A stretch of 63,403 nt of DNA, filler included, from Octopus bimaculoides (taxonomy: Eukaryota): NCBI RefSeq assembly GCF_001194135.2. It is 4 parts of 3 records of this genome, joined end to end, with 100 filler letters (N's around TTAATTAATTAA, not from the genome) between each part and the next. Parts side by side here need not be neighbours in the genome. Positions count along the whole stretch, not along the records: positions 1 to 27,748 come from NC_068983.1; 3 more parts are not named here. One strand, given 5' to 3'. A model generated the notes under the pieces. It was not told where the DNA came from, searched no databases, and saw only the letters and a list, made by a program, of their open reading frames with translations. Of the stretch, positions 1 to 9,839 are shown one piece after another. The position numbers were made by a program, and so were the translations under genes. Each line of letters starts with the position of its first letter. Within the stretch, counting starts at the first letter, position 1.

Positions 1-35
<35 letters not shown>

Positions 36-139
36 TCATTTAGCAACAGGATATTTTATTCAGAAGAGTTAAATGTGTTTTGATTTACGACTTATCTTAT
101 AGCATTAATTAATTTTAATAAGTAATTATTTTTTTTCTT

Positions 140-620
140 TCACTCAACTCTCGTTCAGCGTGTTTCTGCGGTACACGATCCACCGGGTAGAGGCCCAACA
201 TGGCCGTGTGATGTATTTGGTATTTTCTTTACTGTTTGCCAAACATTTAGTTTCTAAAAGGTAGCCAATATATTTTTTAAAATCTATGGTATAATATTTA
301 CAGAAAAACAAAGTTATTTCATCGTCTACTGCAATGAAACATTAGCCAGAAAGAGGGTAAGTCGAATGCTATTACTTATTTGTTCTGGCTTTGAGTGGCG
401 TAGAAAGACGGGAGATCGCCACTAGAAAATATTAATACACCTCGGCATCATCTACTCATCGTTGTATCTTATGACATGTTTTTCATACTAATTTCCTCTT
501 CCATTTTCTCTCTGAACCATTCGTAATTGTTGGTGACATAATTGTGCAATTTGCTCGATTCTTACTTTTCCACTGTACCCCCCCCCCCCTCGTCGATTAC
601 GAAATACCACATTTTTCTAA
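140..620 (+). promoter_or_regulatory. CpG-retaining segment, possible promoter/first exon with a consensus 5' splice site at 357
   Basis: Many CpGs relative to the following 28 kb; CAACATGGCCG (196-206) resembles a YY1-type motif; GAGG|GTAAGT donor at 356/357. No coding evidence; could instead be a repeat end. Confidence 0.2.
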
Positions 621-1110
621 AAATTGTTCGCTGTTACTGATATTCTTGGGAAATTTATTCTCGTCTGTGTTGTTGCAATTATTACAGTTAATCTTACCCT
701 ATTTCTCTCTCAAGTATTGTGCTGTATGCTGTGTTACCCATTTTGACAATATTTTAATGTATGTCCCACAGAACATTGTTATTGTCTTTTGATAACATTA
801 AAATGTCTTATACGGAGAAAATGAAATTCCGTAGTCTCTAGCCAATATCTTTATTGCGTTAACGTTAGTTAAAGCAATAAAAATTAATTGCGAAGAAAGT
901 AAAGTTGAAATATTGAACGCATAATCTGAATTAGTCAAGTCATGAAAATGTGCTTGATAGGCTGACATTAATATGCTTTATAAAGGTCGTGTTGTGGAAT
1001 ACACTGAATTCTACTTATAATCGACCGTGTGTGTAGGTGTATTAAATAACTGCCCCCTCCCCTGGCTTTGTTTCTCCACAGCATTCTTTAAAAAGAGAAC
1101 TTGTTTCACC

Positions 1111-1147
<37 letters not shown>

Positions 1148-1429
1148 GTATATATTTGACTTTTAAGTCATTCCCAGCCTTCTAAAAGTTATACATGCAC
1201 ATACGCGCGCGCATATATATATAGTTTTACAAGAAAAGTAGCGATAGTGACTTCGAAGTTTCGGCTTGCTAATCTTTGCCCGACTTAGGTTAAGTAAGCC
1301 GAATCTTCAGCGTCAATATCAATCCTCTTCTTGTAACAGTATATATGTACTCTACGAAAAGTATTGAATAATTCTTCATTTTAATATTGAATTACTTTTA
1401 TTATAACTTTTCATATAAACAAACTCTAT

Positions 1430-1662
1430 TGTTGACGTCATAAGAATTTATAAGCTTCTGAGTAAACGCGGAATAATTCTTTTTTGGAATTGGTTCCCGA
1501 AGTACAGATAAGGATATAAATAATAGCATGCAAATATTGGTTTGAAAACCCTTTTTGGATACAGAAAGAGCTGTATGTTGACGACATTAAGAATTTATAA
1601 ACTTTCAAGAGAAAGTGCAATAATTCTTGAAGTACAAATAAAGCTATGAAATAATAGCATGT
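1430..1662. repeat. Degenerate ~146-bp tandem duplication
   Basis: TGTTGACG..TAAGAATTTATAA..AATAATTCTT..GAAGTACA.ATAA..AAATAATAGCATG begins at 1430 and again at 1576. Confidence 0.6.
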
Positions 1663-1679
1663 ATATATACATACATATT

Positions 1680-1712
<33 letters not shown>

Positions 1713-1732
1713 GCATATATATATCTTTTATA

Positions 1733-2450
1733 TTGGTTTCAGCTAGAGGTTGAGGCCATGCTGGGACATCGCCTTTCAGTGTGATTGGGTTGTTTTTCTG
1801 TACAGTTTCTGAAGTAGCGTGTTGGACGGAGCTGCCTCTTTGTGCCTCTCGTCACGATGTGTGTTGGTTCACACTCTCTTTGAAAACCCATATTTACACT
1901 TCGCATACCTCTGAGGCTGTATGGCAGAATGTTGAAAAGTGTTGACCCTTGAAACCCAAGCTGTTACAGTACTGGGTTTTTACTCTAGACAGAGAAGACG
2001 AGATTTTTGGTACTATGCAGTGCCGTATAGTCCCGTGATTAGTATAATTTTCAGTTCCAAAGTTGGGATCTACACTTTCCAGTATCTTCCATATCTTTGT
2101 CACTGTATATCTCTTCATTCAATTCTTTTAACTTCTCCCGGTAGCTCATCTGTGTCATCTGTTTGCTTTTTCTTTGCTCTTGGTTATTTCTGGATGCTTT
2201 TGTTTAGTCATAGGTTTGTTTTTTGTTTACTTCCTTTTTCAGCCCTTTCAGTCAGTCTGCTTTGGTTTTGTCCTTTTGAGAGCTCGCTGGGCCTGGGTGA
2301 ATTTCTCCTTTTCACAATCTCCATCTTTCTTGTCCTTGCTGCAATCGTTTTCCAGAATGGCATCCTATATGTTGATATTTGGTCTAATGAGGGCATAAGA
2401 ATGGGAGAACTTGAGTTTCTTTTGCTGTATCTGGGTTGTTGTTCTATAGT
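1733..2450 (-). mobile_element. CR1-clade LINE, decayed 3' fragment
   Basis: Minus-strand frames give MSYREKLKEL and WKILESVDPNFG..RHCIVPKI..YCNSLGFKG, matching the plus-strand fragment at 46.6 kb; ends in a GGCGATGTCCCAGCATGGCC..GCTGAAAC tail. Confidence 0.7.
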
Positions 2451-2839
2451 GCTACTGCGATAATGTTGTTTGTCTCCTACAATTTTTCAGGCTCACACAA
2501 ACAATTGCAGGTCCTTGACTTTCCAATTTCACATCTTTGCTGTATATGCCTTCAGGGAAAGAGGAGGAAAAAAAGAAGTATAAGTATGTATAGATATGTG
2601 TGGGCATATATGCACACACACATTCATACATATACACATAGGGAGGGAGAGAGCTATATAAGTATTTACATGTGTATATAGATATATGTATATGAATAAA
2701 TGTATGTATACATCTATATATATGTAAATATATATGTATATATCATTTCACCGTGATAGATCGCTGACCACACAGCCACGTCTGTGCCTATGTATATGTA
2801 TATATACTTTATAAAAAAGCAGCAAAAATATCACAAAAA

Positions 2840-2874
2840 CTGTTACTCAGAGTTTCACGTTCTCATTCTTCGGA
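2840..2874 (-). ncRNA. Degenerate hammerhead-like motif (CCGAAGA core variant)
   Basis: Minus strand reads CCGAAGA-ATG-AGAA-CGT-GAAA-CTCTGAGTA-ACAG; stem III ACTC/GAGT, GUA triplet. Stem I partner is absent in this copy. Confidence 0.25.
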
Positions 2875-2908
2875 AATTTTTGTACAGAATGAAGCAAAAA
2901 TAAGGTTA

Positions 2909-4214
2909 TGAGGGGTGTCTGAAAAGTCTTGAGCCTCAAAAAAACAAAACATGGTACAAGACTTCTGATGATTTATTTTTCAACATAGTCCCCCTCAATA
3001 GCTGAACACTTTCTCCAGCGGTGCTGAAGCACCATTATCCCGGTGTAGAAGAACTCTTTTGTTTGGGATTCCAAGAACCTTCCTACAGCGTCTATGACGT
3101 CACTGTCACTGGCAAAATGGCAACCAGCCAGGGCTTTTTTCAGTTTTGGAAATAGATGAAAGTCGGAGGGGGCTAAGTCTGGCGAATAAGGCAGATGGGG
3201 AACAAGTTCGTATCCACAGTCACAAATTGTTGCCATGGCAACCACTGAGATGTGGGCTGGAGCATTGTCGTGATGAAAAAGGACTCCTCTGGTGAGCATT
3301 CCCGGCCTTTTTTCTTTGATTGCTTCTCGGAGGCATTTCAGTAGCTGAGAATAATACAGCCCTGTCACGGTGTGACCTTTTTCAAGGTAATCGATCAGCA
3401 AGACACCTTGAGAATCCCAAAAAACGGGTGCCATGACCTTGCCAGCTGAAGGAATGTCCCTGGCCTTCTTTGGGGTTGGAGAAGATGTGTGCTTCCACTG
3501 CTTTGATTGCTCTTTGGTTTCAGGCTGGTAGTGATGAACCCAACTTTCGTCCATAGTAATGAAACAAGCAAGAAAATTCTCTTCATCAGCTTCAAACAGT
3601 TCCAGATTGCTCGTGGACAAAGTGCACCTGGTGCGTTTCTGTTCAGGAGTCAAAAGGCAAGGGACCCACTTTGCAGAAACCTTTGAGAACCCAAGTTCTT
3701 TTGTCACAATGTTGTCTGCTCTTTCAGTTGAGATGCCCAGTCTCTCCGCTACCTGACGACATGATATTCGGCGATCTTGCATTATCATNNNNNNNNNNNN
3801 NNNNNNNNNNNNNNNNNNNNNNNNNNNNNNNNNNNNNNNNNNNNNNNNNNNNNNNNNNNNNNNNCCAGGGAGACCTCCAACTCTCCACACTCTCCCTGCC
3901 ACACTTTTTACCCAGCGTTTGACTGTTGCATATGAAGGAGCATTGTCTGTTAAGGTTCTCAACATATCTTCATGGATTTCTGATGGAGTCATGCCTTTCA
4001 AATGAAGGTACTTTATGACAGCACAATACTCAGTTTTCTCCATTTTCCTTGTAAATTCGAAGCTTGTTTATTCAAAAATCTGCAACAAAAAGAATTTAAA
4101 TATTCGAATCATGAAAATGAGCAAGAATACTCCAAAAAAACTCAGAAAAAATTGTTTCAACTATATAGCAGCCCCGATTCTAGGTTAGGCTCAAAACTTT
4201 TCAGGCACCCCTCG
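2909..4214 (-). mobile_element. Full-length mariner DNA transposon (DD34D)
   Basis: 28-bp TIRs at 2909-2936 and 4187-4214 (3 mismatches), TA on both flanks, 1306 bp, contains a transposase frame. Confidence 0.95.
2973..4043 (-). pseudogene. Mariner transposase, probably frameshifted near the N-gap
   Basis: Motifs ITMDESWVHHY, FHHDNAPAH, PYSPDLAPSDFHLF; 34 residues between the 2nd and 3rd catalytic D. The expected GRESVE segment lies in another frame just before the gap. Confidence 0.85.
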
Positions 4215-4261
4215 TATTTTATGCATTTCCAGACATTTTCTTAATCCAGCTATGTGGTAGA

Positions 4262-4435
4262 CTAATAAAAGCTTTTTTTATAGTCTATCCAGGCTATCGA
4301 TAAGTTTTTGTGCCATTTGTGACAATCTTCCAAGCTCATCTTGTTGATGAGTAGCTGATCTTTACAACCATAGGACCCATGTTTAGATCCTTTTTGCTCA
4401 TTAGGGAATATGCCACTTTCTATTGAAAAACTATA
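4262..4435 (-). mobile_element. Reverse transcriptase fragment of a Dong/R4-type LINE
   Basis: EQKGSKHGSYGCKDQLLINKMSLED..NLSIAWIDYKK, an RT segment typical of RLE-clade LINEs. Confidence 0.7.
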
Positions 4436-4538
4436 GGTATATACAGTCAAGACAGATGTTAGTATTTTATGCAGGTTATCTGTCTCTACATATTTGTATA
4501 TATATATATATTGTGCATATATATGTATATTGTATATA

Positions 4539-4595
<57 letters not shown>

Positions 4596-4596
4596 T

Positions 4597-5560
4597 ATCA
4601 TCATCATCATCATCGTTTAACGTCCGCTTTCCATGCTAGCATGGGTTGGATGGTTTGACTGAGGACTAGTGAAACCAGATGGCTACACCAGGCTCCAATC
4701 TGATTTGGCAGAGTTTCTACAGCTGGATGCCCTTCCTAACACCAACCACTCAGAGAGTGTAGTGGGTGCTTTTACGTGCCACCGGTATGAAGGCCAGTCA
4801 GGCGGTACTGGCAACAGCCACGCTCAAAATGGTGTATTTTATGTGCCACCTGCACAAGATCCAGTCCAGGGGCACTGGCAACGATCTCGCTCGAAAATCT
4901 TTACACATGTCACGGGCACAAGTGCCAGAAAGGCAACGCTGGGCACAGGTGCCATCCCGATTTCACTTGCCCCAATAAGTCTTCGTAAGCTGAGTTTCGT
5001 GTCCAGTGAAGGAGACGACGTTGGCATGGGTGCCAGATGTCGAATTTAGTTCGATTTCGATTTCACTTGCCTCAACAAGTCTGCGCAAGCGGAGTTTAGT
5101 GTCCAATGAAGGAAAGGTACGCATAAGTGGGCTGGATACACCCCTGGCAGAGGCTTGGATTTAGGTCTCACTTGGCTTGCCAGGTGTTCTCACACACAGC
5201 ATATTTCCAAAGGTCTCGGTCAGAAGTCATCGCCTTGGTGAGGCCCAATGTTCGAAGGTCTTGCCTCACCACCTCACCCCAGGTCTTCCTGGGCTTACCT
5301 ATTCCACGGGTTCCCTCAACTGTTAGGGTGTGGCACTTTTTCATGCAGCTATCCGCGTCCATTCTCACCACATGTCCATACCAGCGCAATTGTCTCTCTT
5401 GCACACCACAACCGATACTTCTTATGTTCAGCTTTTCTCTCAAGATACTTACACTCTATCGGGTATGCACATAGACATTACTCATCCATCAGAGCATACT
5501 GGCTTCATTCCTTGTGAGCTTGCGCATGTCCTCAGCAGTCACAGCCCATGTTTCACTGTG
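4597..5560 (-). mobile_element. RTE-clade LINE, 5'-truncated (ORF C-terminus, long 3' UTR, (GAT)n tail)
   Basis: HSETWAVT..LRWYGHVVRMD..GKPRKTW..DRDLWK; the UTR is shared with copies at 6.4, 19.0, 26.6, 27.5 and 59.0 kb. Confidence 0.9.
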
Positions 5561-5675
5561 CATATATATATTGTATATGTATTGTATATATGTATGTGTA
5601 TATATAATATATATATATATATATATACATAAATTTAAGGAATGGAGTGAACGCATGTTATAACTGCATACTTTA

Positions 5676-5759
5676 TTCCGACATATGTTTCGAAGAATTA
5701 CAATTTATGCGATCCATAGGAATCGTCGATGTTAAAAGTGTAAACTTCCCCTCAGGGAA
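5676..5759 (-). ncRNA. Type I hammerhead-like motif (A9G variant) in a PLE terminal-repeat fragment
   Basis: Minus: TTCC-CTGAGGG-GAAG..(long loop)..CTTC-GAAA-C-ATAT-GTC-GGAA; stem I TTCC/GGAA; same layout as the motif at 9992-10078. Confidence 0.5.
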
Positions 5760-5771
5760 ATGTATGGAGAT

Positions 5772-5833
5772 CATCTTAAACGTAAGACATTATGACCGAG
5801 TATACTCGGTCATAATGTCTTACGTTTAAGATG
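5772..5833. repeat. Perfect 62-bp palindrome ending at an assembly gap
   Basis: 5772-5802 is the exact reverse complement of 5803-5833, with no loop. Confidence 0.95.
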
Positions 5834-6374
5834 NNNNNNNNNNNNNNNNNNNNNNNNNNNNNNNNNNNNNNNNNNNNNNNNNNNNNNNNNNNNNNNNNNN
5901 NNNNNNNNNNNNNNNNNNNNNNNNNNNNNNNNNNNNNNNNNNNNNNNNNNNNNNNNNNNNNNNNNNNNNNNNNNNNNNNNNNNNNNNNNNNNNNNNNNNN
6001 NNNNNNNNNNNNNNNNNNNNNNNNNNNNNNNNNNNNNNNNNNNNNNNNNNNNNNNNNNNNNNNNNNNNNNNNNNNNNNNNNNNNNNNNNNNNNNNNNNNN
6101 NNNNNNNNNNNNNNNNNNNNNNNNNNNNNNNNNNNNNNNNNNNNNNNNNNNNNNNNNNNNNNNNNNNNNNNNNNNNNNNNNNNNNNNNNNNNNNNNNNNN
6201 NNNNNNNNTATATATATATATACATACATACATATACATACATATATATATGTGTGTGTGTGTGTGTGTGTATATATATCATGTATATATACTGTATATA
6301 TCTGTATTGTTTGTATATATGTATATCTATTGTATGCATATATATAATCAAAATCATAATTGAACCAAATTCGA

Positions 6375-6843
6375 TGACTGGCACCTGTGCCAGTGGAGCG
6401 CTAACAGCACCGTCCGAGCATGATCATTGCGAGAGCAGCTGTCTGCCTTCCGTGCCAGTGGCACATAAATAGCACCTTACTGGCACTTGTGCTGGTGGCA
6501 CATGAAAAAACATTCGAGCGAGGTTGTTGCCAGTTCCGCTGGACTGGCTGCTATGCAGGTGGCACGTAAAAAACACTATTTTGAGCATGGCCGTTGCCAG
6601 TACTGCCTGACTGGCCTTTGTGCCGGTGGCATGTAAAAGCACCCATTACACTCTCGGAGTGGTTGGCGTTAGGAAGGGCATCCAGCTGTAGAAACTCTGC
6701 CAGNNNNNNNNNNGTTGGCGTTAGGAAGGGCATCCAGCTGTAGAAACTCTGCCAGATCAGATTGGAGCCTGTCCTCAGTCCTCAGTCAAATCGTCCAACC
6801 CATGTTAGCATGGAAAGCGGACGTTAAACGATGATGATGGTGA
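6375..6843 (+). mobile_element. RTE 3' UTR copy with internal subrepeats
   Basis: Repeated GTGCCGGTGGCACGTAAAA-like units, then GGTTGGCGTTAGGAAGGGCATCCAGCTG..GGACGTTAAACGATGATGAT. Confidence 0.85.
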
Positions 6844-6851
6844 TATATATA

Positions 6852-7262
6852 CTCTTTTACTCTTATATGTTTCAGTTTTTTGACTGTGGCCATGCTGGAG
6901 TACCACCTTTAGTCGAGCAAATCGACCCCAGGACTTATTCTTTGGAAGCCTAGTACTTATTCTATCGGTCTCTTTTGCCGAAGCGCTAAGTTACAGGGAC
7001 GTAAACACACCAGCATCAGTTGTCAAGCAATGTTGGGGGTGGGGGGGACAAACACAGACACATAAACACATACACACACACACATATATATACATATATA
7101 CGATAGGCTTCTTTCAGTTTCCGTCTACCAAATCCACTCATAAGGCCTTGGTCGGCCCAAGGATATAGTAGAAGACACTTGCCCAAGATGCCCATGCAGT
7201 GGGAATGAACCCGGAACCATGTGGTTGGTAAGCAAGCTACTTACCACACAGCCACTCCTACG
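6852..7262 (-). mobile_element. tRNA-derived SINE family A (head, CORE-like segment, internal microsatellite, CR1-like tail)
   Basis: Head GGAGTGGCTGTGTGGTAAG..GGTTCCGGGTTCATTCCC; tail CCAGCATGGCC..CTGAAAC..GAGTAAAAGAG; co-linear with copies at 23.9, 30.4 and 57.5 kb. Confidence 0.9.
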
Positions 7263-7800
7263 CCTATATATATATGTTGTGTGTATATATATATATATAT
7301 ATTCTATATATGATAATATAAATAATATGTAAATATATATACATACATACACATATACATGCACATACATATATTTGTATATACATGCATATATGGGCAC
7401 AGGACACCACGGAACGTAAACAACATGAAATACGAAGAATGAAAACATGGCATACAAACTTTTCTTGCAAGCAATGAAAGTAGCAAATGGAAGACAGGAC
7501 AAGTAACATGAAAAAAACGACCCTTCATCAGTTGTTGGCTGTTTTTCTAGTTCACATTTCGAGCAATTCACAAGATACGTTTTCGACATAACAGTTGCTC
7601 CCGCAGACCAAATTAAATTAAAATTTGAGATTTTGCAGAGGGTCAAAGTTAGTAACAAAAACATGACAGTGGAAACAAACAGGCAGGGCTCCTAAGCCTA
7701 GACAAATTGAGTTGGTGAACGCAGAAAAACAAGCTCTGACAGGAGACAGGCAAGGATGCGTCTCATCCTTGTGGCTGATCAGAGAGAAAGAAGGAAATTC

Positions 7801-7845
<45 letters not shown>

Positions 7846-7861
7846 TCTATATACATGTATA

Positions 7862-7892
<31 letters not shown>

Positions 7893-7917
7893 GTGTCTAT
7901 ATATATGTATATATATG

Positions 7918-9678
7918 TGCAGCTCAGTGCCAGAACATGAAAGAGCTGTACAACACAACTAAATTACTATCTGGGAAGAGAGTAAGAGTAGAAAAGGCAG
8001 TAAAAGGGAAGGATGGCCAACTAATATCAATTCTAGACCAAAAAACTCAATGGAAGGAGCATTTTGAAGATTTGCTCAATAGACTACCTCCAGACACAAT
8101 AGCCAACATTGCACCAAGAAATTTGGATCTTAACATCAGCCTTGACCCACCATCCAAGTTTGAAATAAGAAAGGCTATACAATCCCTCAAGATTGGAAAG
8201 GCGGAAGGTGTAGACAATATTCCAGCTGAAGCATTGAAATCAGCTATAGAAATAGCAGTAGAAATACTCCATCCATTATTTACTAAGATATGGCAAGAAG
8301 AAAATGTGCCTAATGATTGGAAAGAGTGACTCATCGTAAAATTGCCAAAGAAAGGTTATTTAAGCGTTTGCAGAAATTATAGAGGGATTATGTTATTATC
8401 GACTCCCGGAAAAGTTTTTAACAGGATACTTTTGGAGCGGATTAGGACAGCAGTTGACAAATTGTTGCATAAAGAACAAGCCGGATTTAGGAAGAACCGT
8501 TCATGTGTAGATCAAATTGCCACTCTTCGCATCATCTTAGAGCAAAGCACAGAGTGGAATGCACCGCATTATATTAATTTTATTGATTTCGAAAAAGCAT
8601 TCAATAGTGTAGATAGGGAAGGCTTATGGAAAATTATGCAGTACTACGGCATACCAGACAAGTATATATCTATAATAAGAGCAACTTACCAAGGAATGTC
8701 ATGCCAAGTCTTGCATGGAAACGGAGCTACATATAAATTCGAAGTAAAAACAGGAGTTCGACAGGGCTGTATACATTCTCCCTTTTTATTTCTACTAGTT
8801 ATAGATTGGATTATGAAGGAAACTACGATTGAAAGCCAAACGGGCATTGAATGGACGGATGCAGAAGCTCTAGAAGATCTCGACTTTGCAGATGATATAG
8901 CGCTACTTTCACAAACATATAGCCAAATGCAAAATAAAACGTCAAAATTAGAAGCAATAGCTGCCAAACTCAGATTGAAAGTTAACAGCGACAAATCAAA
9001 AATCATGCCCATTAATGAAGAAAACAGCGAATGTATTAAACTAGAAACCGGTGAACTAGAGGATGTAGCCGAGTTTACGTATTTAGGTAGTAAAATAACG
9101 TACTCAGGCGGCACTGACGAAGATATTAAGACGAGAATAAGTAAGGCAAGGACCGCTTTTTACCTGTTAAAATAAGTATAGAGCGCAAGTGTAATTTCAA
9201 TAAAGAACAAAATAAGAATTTTTAACACTAACGTAAAAGCGGTGTTATTATATGGGGCTGAGACATGGCGAACAACAGTTAAGTCAAATAAGCAAATACA
9301 ATCATTCATCAACAGGTGCTTGCATAGTATACTTAAAATTAGATGGCCCGAACACATAAGCAATATGGAGCTATGGCAAAGAACGAATCAAGTTTCGATT
9401 AGGGAGCAAATATTTAAGAAAAAGTGGAAGTGGATTGGTAGCACAATTAGAAAAGACACACCAAATGTAGCGAAAAGTGCTTTACAGTGGAAACTGGATG
9501 GATATAGAAAGAGGGGTAGGCCTAAGAACTTGTGGTGTAGATCAACACAAAAGGAACTAGAGAAAGAGGGACATTCATGGCAGAGTATAAGTACAGAAGC
9601 GAAAAATTATGTGACAGGGAATTCAATTATAAGTGGCCTATACTTCGTGTTGGAGAGTTAAAGGCAAGAAAGAAGAAT
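7918..9678 (+). mobile_element. RTE-clade LINE (second family), 5'-truncated, disrupted ORF2
   Basis: RT motifs NYRGIMLL, EQAGFR, FIDFEKAF, GVRQGC, DLDFADDIALL, LLYGAETW, KKWKWIG; in-frame stops; flanked by (TA)n on both sides. Confidence 0.95.
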
Positions 9679-9749
9679 ATATATATGTACAAAGGTATAT
9701 ATATCTATACATATGTATATATACATGTTTATGTATATATATGTTTATA

Positions 9750-9795
<46 letters not shown>

Positions 9796-9839
9796 TATTA
9801 TCTTGGTTGAATAAACTTTGACAATGTAAATATGTTAAT

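Noticed and set aside
1570-1600. LYVDD, resembling an RT catalytic motif
   Set aside because: Isolated five residues inside a short tandem duplication, with no flanking RT motifs.
6662-6756. Direct duplication of GTTGGCGTTAGGAAGGG..GCCAG around 10 N
   Set aside because: Typical unmerged contig overlap.
7525-7531. CTGATGA on the minus strand in a repeat-like segment (7395-7800)
   Set aside because: No matching stem II or GAAA found downstream in this copy; may be a broken PLE end but unsupported.
8332-8334. In-frame TGA in retroelement ORFs as selenocysteine or recoding
   Set aside because: The same elements also carry TAA/TAG stops and frameshifts; this is ordinary decay.
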